Assembly: GCA_025359585.1 (NCBI GenBank) | Contig: JANYFX010000435.1 | Span: forward strand, 1-54,822 | DNA: 54,822 nucleotides | Direction: 5' to 3' | Source of the DNA: Rhizobacter sp. | Lineage (GTDB): Bacteria; Pseudomonadota; Gammaproteobacteria; Burkholderiales; Burkholderiaceae_C | Shown: piece by piece, positions 37,130 through 44,825 of the stretch | How positions within the stretch are numbered: the stretch's first letter is position 1 | Layout: every line of letters begins with the position of its first letter | The notes under the pieces: model-generated | Database searches by the model: none | Seen by the model: the letters and a program-made list of their open reading frames with translations, nothing else | What the model was told of the DNA's origin: nothing | Made by a program: the position numbers and the translations under genes

Positions 37130-38995
37130 CTACAGAACGGCGTGCGTGCCGATGCGCGGCGCGCTGCGCATGATCTCGCCGCGCGAGGCCGAGCGCAGCA
37201 CGGTTTCGCAAAAACTGTTGGCCGCGGCGTGGCGAGCGAAGAAGCGGTCGAGCACGCTGCCCATCAGAAAGGCGCTCGATCCCTGGAACCCGAGCTCATC
37301 GACCAGCGCCGTGACCTCGACGCCGCAGCCGAAGGTCAGCGGTCCCGGGAAGGGCAGGCGGCGCACGACAGCGCGCGCTTCGAGCCAGTGGATGCTTTCG
37401 ATCTGCTTGGCCCAGCCGGTGTCTTGCTCGGGCCCGTGCAGTGCCAGCAGGGTGCGCAGCGCCGAGGCCGCGCGTTTCGGGTCTTCGCCGGCGATGCTCA
37501 GGTAGTTCAGCGTGAGCAGGCTCACCATCGCCCAGCCGACGTCACCGCGCGCCAGGCGCTGCACCGGACGCGTCGGGCCGCGCAGCGTTTCGATGCGCCC
37601 GGCCGGGCCGGCGGCATCGAGCACCCACGTGGTGGTGCTGCCGGGCAGCAGCGTGGGCAGGTCGCGGTTGGTCACGAGGGCGGTGACCGAGAGCTGGCGA
37701 ATGTCCTCGCTGTAGGGCGCGTTTTGCGGGTCGACCAGCGACAGGAAAACCTCTTGCCCGATGTAGGCCGAACGCGGGCCTTCGAGCCGCTGACGCGCCG
37801 ACAGCAGCCGCGGCTCGCGGCGCACCGTGTAGTAGGCACCGTGGCTGCTCGATGCTTCGTGAAAGCTCGCGTACAGCGGCTGAAAGCTCTGTTCGGCCAC
37901 CTGCGCCACGCCGTAGCCCGTGACCGATTCGAGCGTGTGAACCTCGTGGTCCATCGGCCGGGTGCGGTCGGGCACCACGTGGTGCTCCCAGCTTCCGGCA
38001 CCGAGCTGGATTCGATCGAGCCGCTTCGGGAAGAGGTTGATCGCGGGCGTACAAAAAAGCGCGAGGCTGCCGGCGTCCACCAGCGATTCAAGGGCGGCTT
38101 CCCCACGCGAAAACAGCAAGGTGATCTCTGCCTCGGCGCTGTCGACCGAGGCCAAGCGGCGCGCCAGATCGTTGATCTCGAAGAACAGGAACCGTTGCGG
38201 CATCGCCGCCAGTTCCTGCAGCAAACGGTGGCCGCTGAAGCCACGCAGCGTCTCGGGCAAGAGCGCGTGTTCGTCGTCGAAACCCACCGGCTGCACCGAC
38301 TCGGCATCGGCAAAACCGCCGGCCGGGCCGTGGCTGCCGCCGACAACAAACGAGCCGACCGCGTTGCCGAGCACCAGCTCGTGCAGACGGAACGCGATTT
38401 CGTCGGCGGCCGAAATGAAGAACTGAAGTTTGTCGAGCCGCAGCTGTTTGAACTTGAGCCCGCCTTGCAGCTTGAGCTTGATGCGCAGGCCGCCGCGCAC
38501 CGGCTTTGCGACCGGCAACTGGTTCAGCGGCAGGTCGGGCGCGAAACTGAAGTACTGCACCGAGGCGATCTCGATCGGCCACAGCGTCACGTCGTGCGCG
38601 GTGCGGAACTCGCAGTGCGTGTTCTGGCCGCGGGCCAGCTCGCTGGTGAGCGCGCTGCCGCGTGGGATGGTGAACCCGCGCCCGAGGTTCGGGTCGAGCG
38701 GGTCGGGCCGCATGCGCGCGATCATCATCGACGGCACCGGCGAGAGAAAGCCGGGGTAGACCGTCTCGAGCAGGTGCTGCACGAAGCGCGGGTGTTCGGC
38801 GTCGAGCTTGAGCTGGATGCGCGCGGTGAGAAAAGCAAAACCTTCGAGCAGGCGCTCGACATACGGGTCGGAGACTTCGAGCCCGTCGAGCGACAGGCGC
38901 GCGGCGATCTTCGGGAACTCCTGCGCGAACTCGGCGCCGACCTCGCGCAGGTGCGTCAACTCTTCGTTGTAGTGGCGCAGCAGGTTCGGGTCCAT
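37130..38995 (-). CDS. tssF: T6SS baseplate TssF
   Basis: MDP.LL..YN.EL.HLRE.G.EFA..FPKIA.RL, DPYVERLLEGFAFL, CTPAINLF, NRDLP, NSF.ET. Confidence 0.96.
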   Translation of the reverse strand: MDPNLLRHYNEELTHLREVGAEFAQEFPKIAARLSLDGLEVSDPYVERLLEGFAFLTARIQLKLDAEHPRFVQHLLETVYPGFLSPVPSMMIARMRPDPLDPNLGRGFTIPRGSALTSELARGQNTHCEFRTAHDVTLWPIEIASVQYFSFAPDLPLNQLPVAKPVRGGLRIKLKLQGGLKFKQLRLDKLQFFISAADEIAFRLHELVLGNAVGSFVVGGSHGPAGGFADAESVQPVGFDDEHALLPETLRGFSGHRLLQELAAMPQRFLFFEINDLARRLASVDSAEAEITLLFSRGEAALESLVDAGSLALFCTPAINLFPKRLDRIQLGAGSWEHHVVPDRTRPMDHEVHTLESVTGYGVAQVAEQSFQPLYASFHEASSSHGAYYTVRREPRLLSARQRLEGPRSAYIGQEVFLSLVDPQNAPYSEDIRQLSVTALVTNRDLPTLLPGSTTTWVLDAAGPAGRIETLRGPTRPVQRLARGDVGWAMVSLLTLNYLSIAGEDPKRAASALRTLLALHGPEQDTGWAKQIESIHWLEARAVVRRLPFPGPLTFGCGVEVTALVDELGFQGSSAFLMGSVLDRFFARHAAANSFCETVLRSASRGEIMRSAPRIGTHAVL

Positions 38996-39510
38996 CAGGG
39001 CCTCCGCCGCGTCGAAGCACCACCCATGTCGCGCACTTCGACCTGCCCGGCTTCGAGGTCGATCTGGGTGCGCAGCAGCAGCTCCAGCGGCACCGGCTGG
39101 GCCCACATGAAACCGCGGATCTCGAACTCGATGACGTTGTGTGTGTCGAGCACGCTGGTGGCTTCGAGCGCCTTGACCTCGAGCGAGTCTTCCATCACGC
39201 GCGGCTCGAAACGCAGAATGGCCTGCTTGATGGTGCGTTCCAGCACGCCCACGTCGACACGCGACGCCAGCTGACCCGACATGGCCGGCAGGCCGTAGTT
39301 CAAGACCGAGTCGGCCGCTTGCGGGTACTGCTGCGCCAGCTTGCCGAGCGACTGCACCGAGTTGAGCAGCCACGACAGGTCTCGCAACACCGCGTCGCGG
39401 ATCTGCGACTTGTTCATCACCCGCGTGTCGTCGGCCTCGACCGAGGACAGCGGTGCCAGGTCGGTCAAACGGTCCAGCAGCGCGGGTTGCAGGCGATCGC
39501 GAACGTTCAT
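38995..39510 (-). CDS. tssE: T6SS baseplate TssE (gp25-like)
   Basis: LQPALLDRLTD, V.RDL.WLLN, SVLNYGLP, AI..FEPR. Confidence 0.95.
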   Translation of the reverse strand: MNVRDRLQPALLDRLTDLAPLSSVEADDTRVMNKSQIRDAVLRDLSWLLNSVQSLGKLAQQYPQAADSVLNYGLPAMSGQLASRVDVGVLERTIKQAILRFEPRVMEDSLEVKALEATSVLDTHNVIEFEIRGFMWAQPVPLELLLRTQIDLEAGQVEVRDMGGASTRRRP

Positions 39511-40313
39511 GTGGCGCTTGCGGCGCTTGCGAGTTTGATCTCGCGCGCTTCGAGCAAGCCCATCTCGGCACTGCTGGTCGAGAGCAGGCGCTGCCCGAGG
39601 CCGGCGAACTGGTCGGCGCCGAGCTCCACCCACGCGGTTGAACGCGCCAGCTTGAGCACGCCGTTTTCTTGTTCGCGCGTGCCGGGGTAACAGGTCGGCA
39701 CGAGCGCGACCGAATCGCCGCCGTTGCTGAAAGTCAGGTGCACGGCCGACCAGACCATGTCGCGCAGGTCTTCAGGGGCTTCGACCTTGACGGCCGCGAG
39801 CGCGCTGAACGGCACCCAGGTGTAGCGCCCGTTGAGCACCACCTCGAGCACCGGGCCGAGGCGCGAGTCGGCGTCGGCGATCCAGTCGAAAGGCTCGCCG
39901 TTCAGGCTGCCGGACGTGGTGGGCGCTTGTTCGAAGGCGCCCGCACGCAGGTGCTGCGCCTGCGCGAGCTGGCCCTGGGCCTCCTGCGACAAGGCCTCGA
40001 TGAGCATCGCGACCCAGCTCGCCGGCTGGCCGAAAACCACCGGCGTCGTCTTGCCCGCGAACACCGCACCGCGCACGGCCTCGCACTTGATGGCCTCGCG
40101 GTACGTGTTGACCATGGCGAGCGTGCCGTGGTCGAGCTGGCCGCAGATCTCGAGCTGCGCCAGCGCGCGCTCCCACTGGCCGAGCACACTGAGCAACTGG
40201 AACAGGAAGACACGCAGCTTGGGGTCGCCCGGTTTTTCGCGCACCTGGGCTTGCAGCGCGGCCAGCGCCTGGGCCGGGTCGCCGGCAGCCAGCAGTTCTT
40301 GAGGAGTGGCCAT
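39507..40313 (-). CDS. tagJ: T6SS accessory protein TagJ (ImpE/SciE)
   Basis: LRVFLFQLL.V.GQW.RA, WIADADSRLGPVLE..NGRY.W.PF, P.DLRD.VW, GLGQR. Confidence 0.94.
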   Translation of the reverse strand: MATPQELLAAGDPAQALAALQAQVREKPGDPKLRVFLFQLLSVLGQWERALAQLEICGQLDHGTLAMVNTYREAIKCEAVRGAVFAGKTTPVVFGQPASWVAMLIEALSQEAQGQLAQAQHLRAGAFEQAPTTSGSLNGEPFDWIADADSRLGPVLEVVLNGRYTWVPFSALAAVKVEAPEDLRDMVWSAVHLTFSNGGDSVALVPTCYPGTREQENGVLKLARSTAWVELGADQFAGLGQRLLSTSSAEMGLLEAREIKLASAASAT

Positions 40314-40318
40314 GGTGA

Positions 40319-40834
40319 TCAGGTCGGCAGAATTTCGTCCTGGAAGCTGGTGCCGCCACCCCGTTGACCGCTGGTTTGCTGGCGCTCGTAGTCGACCTGG
40401 ACCTTGTTGAAACTGAAACTCACGCGCTCGATGGCATCGCCGTTCTCGCCACATTCGATGTCGAACGAGGTGACCCGCGCCTGCGAGAGGGTGATGGTGA
40501 AAAAGTCGCGCTGGCCTTCACCGGCCTTGCGCATCGAGAGCTTGGCTTCCTTGACTTCGTCGTTGGTGGCCAACACGCTCATCAGCGCCGTCGTCGCGGT
40601 GTCGATGCGCTTGGTGACGACCAGGTTCTTGTAGCTGCGGCGGCCGGTGGCCTGCGACGAGCCCAGCGCCGAGGGTGAAGACACACCCCAGTTCCACCCG
40701 TGCACGACCATTTCGTCCTTGTGATCGACGGCACTGCTTTCGCCCTTGAGCTTGCCGGCGCGCTTGGACTGCACGCTCAGGAAAACATCGATGGCGCCGC
40801 CGGCTGCGGGGGTTGCGTGGGCTGGGGAGAGCAT
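40319..40834 (-). CDS. hcp: Second, divergent Hcp tube protein
   Basis: DVFL.V...G.LKGES...HKDE, W.WG, K.ID.AT..L, RKAG..Q.DF..I.L, E.VSF.F..V..DY..Q. Confidence 0.92.
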   Translation of the reverse strand: MLSPAHATPAAGGAIDVFLSVQSKRAGKLKGESSAVDHKDEMVVHGWNWGVSSPSALGSSQATGRRSYKNLVVTKRIDTATTALMSVLATNDEVKEAKLSMRKAGEGQRDFFTITLSQARVTSFDIECGENGDAIERVSFSFNKVQVDYERQQTSGQRGGGTSFQDEILPT

Positions 40835-40881
40835 GTTGAATCCTTCGGCGCAGCGGCTTGCGCAGGGCGCCACACAGCTTC

Positions 40882-41017
40882 AACGAGAACGCGCCCCAAC
40901 GGCAACGCTCTCGTCTGAGGGCAACACGGTTCAGCCCTCGACCGGTGGCCCGATCGAGCCGGGCTGAATCGTGTTGCGTCCGGAAGTGCACCCCTCCAGG
41001 GGCGCACCGGGTCGAGG
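40882..41017 (-). other. Highly structured hcp1-hcp2 intergenic RNA (attenuator or mRNA-processing element candidate)
   Basis: Hairpins at about 40882-40913, 40921-40977 and 40986-41007, plus an alternative pairing 40936-40947 with 41005-41017. Confidence 0.55.
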
Positions 41018-41030
41018 AGAAAGCGCGGGC

Positions 41031-41510
41031 TCAGCGTGTCTCGGTGGTCGAGGTGTTCCAGCCGAACTTCACTTCGCCGCCGAGACCGCCCTTGTCGTCC
41101 TGGGCCTTGTAGGCGAACTCGATGTCCTTGTAGGTGCAATGCACTTCTTCTTCGATGTCTCCCTCGGCAGAGGCCGAAGGCGACACGCTGGTGATGAACA
41201 CTTCTTTCAGGGTGATCACGAGAAAAGCCTTCTGGCCTTCGCCGGCCTTGCGGGCGGTGAGCTTGGCGTCTTTGAAGTGCTTGCCCGCCGCGCAATGTTT
41301 GGCGAGCACGGGCGAGGCCTTGTCGTAGACGTGGCTGATGACGAACTCGCCCGGCTCGGCCTTGCCGCGGCCCGAGCCACCGCCGGTGGTGGCACCGGAA
41401 GACTGGCTCACTTCCCAATTCCAGGAGAGAAGCTCGATCTCGCCCTTGTGGTCCTTGTGGGTGGCTTCGCCTTCGACGCCGTCAAACTTGATGTGGAAGT
41501 CGCTCGACAT
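41031..41510 (-). CDS. hcp: T6SS tube protein Hcp
   Basis: Strong AAGGAG RBS; GVEGE....HKGEI.LLSW.W, GGGSG.GK, DKASP.L...C..GKH, RKAG. Confidence 0.96.
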   Translation of the reverse strand: MSSDFHIKFDGVEGEATHKDHKGEIELLSWNWEVSQSSGATTGGGSGRGKAEPGEFVISHVYDKASPVLAKHCAAGKHFKDAKLTARKAGEGQKAFLVITLKEVFITSVSPSASAEGDIEEEVHCTYKDIEFAYKAQDDKGGLGGEVKFGWNTSTTETR

Positions 41511-41606
41511 GATAAATACTCCTTGATGATTTGAAAAAATTGCCTGCGCTGGTTATGACGCTGGGTGGCTGGGAGGAAACGCGATGATCAATCGCTGCAC
41601 GTGTGA

Positions 41607-43097
41607 TTACTGCTGCTTCTGCGAAGGCAGCTTGGAGACAAGACGCAAGGACACCGTGAGTCCTTCGAGTTGATAGTGGGGTCGCAGAAAGAACTTCGAC
41701 GAGTAGTAGCCGGGGTTGCCGGGGATCTCTTCGACGGTCACCTCGGCAGCCGCGAGCGGCTTTTGCGCCTTGGTGGTTTCCGACGAATTGGCCGGGTCGC
41801 CATCGACGTAATTCATGATCCAGTTGTTGAGCCACTTGGCCATGTCGTCGCGTTCCTTGAACGAACCGACCTTGTCGCGCACGATGCACTTCAGGTAGTG
41901 CGCGAAACGGCAGGTGGCGAACAGGTAGGGCAGCTTGGCGGCCAGGTTGGCGTTGGCGGTGGCATCGGGGTCGTCGTATTCGGCCGGCTTTTGCAGCGAG
42001 TTCGCGCCGATGAAGGCCGCGAAGTCGGAGTTCTTGCGGTGCACGAGCGGCATGAAACCGTTCTTCGCCAACTCGGCCTCGCGCCGGTCGCTGATGGCGA
42101 TTTCGGTCGGGCACTTCATGTCCACGCCACCGTCGTCGGTGGGGAAGGTGTGCGTGGGCAAACCTTCGACCGAACCGCCCGACTCGATGCCACGAATGCG
42201 CGAGCACCAGCCGTACTGCTTGAACGAACGGTTGATGTTGACCGCCATCGCGTAGGCCGAGTTGGCCCAGGTGTACTTGGTGTGGTCGGCGTTGGCGGTT
42301 TCTTCTTCGAAGTTGAACTCTTCGACCGGGTTGGTCTTGGCACCGTAGGGAATGCGCGCCAGGAAACGTGGCATCGCCAGGCCGATGTAGCGCGCGTCGT
42401 CGGACTCGCGCAGCGAACGCCATGCGGCGTACTCGGGCGTGGTGAAGATCTTGGTCAGGTCACGCGGGTTGGCGAGCTCCTGCCATGAACCCATCTGCGC
42501 CAGGCCCGGGTCGGCGGCGGCGATGAACGGTGTGTGCGCCGCCGCGGCCACCTTGGCCATTTCGCCGAGCAGCTCGACGTCTTGCGGGCCGTGGTTGAAG
42601 TAGTAGTCGCCGACCAGGCAGCCGAAAGGCTCGCCGCCGAACTGGCCGAACTCTTCTTCGTAGACCCGCTTGAAGATCGGGCTCTGGTCCCAGGCCGTGC
42701 CCTTGTAGCGCTTGAGGGTCTTGCCCAGCTCCGCCTTGGAGATGTTCATCACGCGGATCTTCAGCGACTCGTCGGTCTCGGTGTTGTTGACGAGGTGGTG
42801 CAGGCCGCGCCAGGCGCTTTCGATCTGCTGAAAGTCGGCGTGGTGCATGATCTGGTTGATCTGCGCGCTGAGCTTGCCGTCGAGCTCGGCGATCATCGCT
42901 TCGATCGAAGCGACCACGTCGCTGCCGATCAGCTTGGTCTGGGCCAGCGCCTGCTGAGCCAGTGTGAGGATCGCCGATTCGACGGCCGATTTGGCTTCGT
43001 CGCTCTTCGGCTTGAATTCCTTGTTCAGCAGCGACGCGAAGTCGCCGCCTTCGTATTCGACGCCCTTCAGTGCCGAGCCTTCTGCTTGTGTTGCCAT
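41607..43097 (-). CDS. tssC: T6SS sheath large subunit TssC
   Basis: FQ.IES.WRGL, EEFGQFGGEP, PRFL.R.PYG, IRG.ESGG.VEGLP, KCPTE.AI.DRRE.EL, LRPHYQLEGL. Confidence 0.97.
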   Translation of the reverse strand: MATQAEGSALKGVEYEGGDFASLLNKEFKPKSDEAKSAVESAILTLAQQALAQTKLIGSDVVASIEAMIAELDGKLSAQINQIMHHADFQQIESAWRGLHHLVNNTETDESLKIRVMNISKAELGKTLKRYKGTAWDQSPIFKRVYEEEFGQFGGEPFGCLVGDYYFNHGPQDVELLGEMAKVAAAAHTPFIAAADPGLAQMGSWQELANPRDLTKIFTTPEYAAWRSLRESDDARYIGLAMPRFLARIPYGAKTNPVEEFNFEEETANADHTKYTWANSAYAMAVNINRSFKQYGWCSRIRGIESGGSVEGLPTHTFPTDDGGVDMKCPTEIAISDRREAELAKNGFMPLVHRKNSDFAAFIGANSLQKPAEYDDPDATANANLAAKLPYLFATCRFAHYLKCIVRDKVGSFKERDDMAKWLNNWIMNYVDGDPANSSETTKAQKPLAAAEVTVEEIPGNPGYYSSKFFLRPHYQLEGLTVSLRLVSKLPSQKQQ

Positions 43098-43137
43098 GGT
43101 GTGGTGTGCTCCGTCGGTCTTGTGGGGTTCGCGCCGG

Positions 43138-43641
43138 TCAGGCTGCGTCGGTGGGCTTCTTGGCCGCGGCCAGCGTGCCGAGCAGCGCCGGGTCGGCCAG
43201 CACCTTGGCCAGCAACTCTTCAGCGCCGGTCTTGCCGTCCATGTAGGTAATGAGGTTCGAGAGCTGCTCACGCGCCTGCAGCAGCTTGCTCAACGAGTCG
43301 ACCTTGCGCGCCACTGCGGCGGGGGAGAAGTCGTCCATGTTCTCGAAGGTGATGTCGACCGACAGGTTGCCTTCGCCGGTGAGCGTGTTGGGCACCTGGA
43401 AGGCGACCCGCGGCTTCATCGACTTCATGCGTGAGTCGAAGTTGTCGACGTCGAACTCAAGCAGCTTGCGTTCGGCCACCGGGGGCAGCGGCTCGCTGGG
43501 CTTGCCCGACAGGTCGGACAGCACGCCCATCACGAAGGGCAACTGCACCTTCTTCTCGGCGCCGTAGAGCTCCACGTCGTATTCGATCTGGACCCGCGGT
43601 GCGCGGTTGCGGGCGACGAATTTCTGGCTGCTGGTTGCCAT
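43138..43641 (-). CDS. tssB: T6SS sheath small subunit TssB
   Basis: SSQKF..RNRAPRVQIEYDVE, LPFVMGV..DLSG, F..MDDFSP, LL.AR.QL. Confidence 0.97.
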   Translation of the reverse strand: MATSSQKFVARNRAPRVQIEYDVELYGAEKKVQLPFVMGVLSDLSGKPSEPLPPVAERKLLEFDVDNFDSRMKSMKPRVAFQVPNTLTGEGNLSVDITFENMDDFSPAAVARKVDSLSKLLQAREQLSNLITYMDGKTGAEELLAKVLADPALLGTLAAAKKPTDAA

Positions 43642-43690
43642 GGGGATCACTCCTTGTGGGATTCAGAAAAAATGCAGTGTGCGCGGCGGG

Positions 43691-44686
43691 TCATTCGCTG
43701 TCCACCCCGGCGATGCGCTCGACGTCTTTCAGGCCGTCGGGCGCCAGGTCGCGGATGATTTCGAGGAAAGTCTTGCCCATCAGGCGCTGGGCGCGGCGGA
43801 TCAGCAGCGGCGCCGGGTTGGTGGGCTCGTTGCGGTTGATCCAGTCGCACACGCGGTCGAGCGCCTTGATCGCGTCGTCGCGGTTGTTGATGGCACCCAA
43901 GCCGGTGGACCGGGCCACCGGCGCAGCGCCATCGGCAGGCTCGTCCGTCGCAGCCGCTTCGGCATCGCCGCCCGCTGCCTGGGCCAGCAGCTGGGTGAGT
44001 GCGCGCAGCGGGCGCAGATCGGGGCCGCTCGCGGCGCCGACCTGGGTGTCGATCACGGCTTCGATCGCACGAACATCGGCGTGCGCTGCGGCCAGCAGGC
44101 CGAGCAACCCGGGGAACTGTTGATCGGCCGCCTTGATGGCGTCGGCCACACCCGCTGGTGTGGGCACGTTTTCATTGCTCGCCGGCTCGGCCTTGCCGAG
44201 ACCGAGCTCGACCTGGCGCACCGTGATGCCGTCGCGCGGGTTGCCGATGACGGCCAGGCGAAGGTCGGCCAGCACGCTCGCACCGTCGGCCAGTGGCGCG
44301 AGTGCGTTCAGACGCATGGTCGGGTCGTTGTTGTCGCTGACGTCGAGCTGCGGGTAGACATGTGCCCAGTGCTGCTCCAGCAAACCACGAACCAGTTTGA
44401 TGCCGGTCGCAAAACCACCGAAGCCGTGCAAGCGCGTGTTGGCGCGCAACAAGTGGATCGCGACACGCAGGTCGCGGGTGCGCTGAGCCAGTGCGACCGC
44501 CTGCTCCTGCATGACCCGCCAGTCGGGTTCCTGCGCGGCGATCACGGTGTCGCCGAACTGCTGCTCGGGCTTGCCGCGGGCCGCTTCTTCGAGGACCTGG
44601 AACGCCGGGTCGTACTCAAGGTCTTCGCCACAAGGCGCGGTGTCGTTCACCGGTGCCAGGAAGGCGTCAACGTTGATGTCGGCCAT
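43691..44686 (-). CDS. tssA: T6SS TssA (short, ImpA_N type)
   Basis: PCGEDLEYDP.F, PEQQFGD, PDW, DLR, W..VYPQL, R.NAL, EP..PAPLLI.RA.RL..K.F.EI..DLAP. Confidence 0.94.
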   Translation of the reverse strand: MADINVDAFLAPVNDTAPCGEDLEYDPAFQVLEEAARGKPEQQFGDTVIAAQEPDWRVMQEQAVALAQRTRDLRVAIHLLRANTRLHGFGGFATGIKLVRGLLEQHWAHVYPQLDVSDNNDPTMRLNALAPLADGASVLADLRLAVIGNPRDGITVRQVELGLGKAEPASNENVPTPAGVADAIKAADQQFPGLLGLLAAAHADVRAIEAVIDTQVGAASGPDLRPLRALTQLLAQAAGGDAEAAATDEPADGAAPVARSTGLGAINNRDDAIKALDRVCDWINRNEPTNPAPLLIRRAQRLMGKTFLEIIRDLAPDGLKDVERIAGVDSE

Positions 44687-44745
44687 GATCGGGAGTCTCT
44701 TGCGTTGGAGTGGGTGACGAAGCGGTTTCGATTCGCAGTGATACG

Positions 44746-44820
44746 ACTGTAGGCAGCAAGTGCTTCACATGCAGTTGTCTAAGGTCATGTCGGAGGCAGC
44801 GGCACCCCAGCCGAAGGTCA
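44746..44820 (-). promoter_or_regulatory. tssA operon promoter: two boxes plus -10 hexamer
   Basis: TGTC-TAAG-GTCA at 44776-44787 and AGCC-GAAG-GTCA at 44809-44820 (33 bp apart); TACAGT on the minus strand at 44751-44746, 30.5 bp from the proximal box centre. Confidence 0.7.
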
Positions 44821-44825
44821 TGCGC

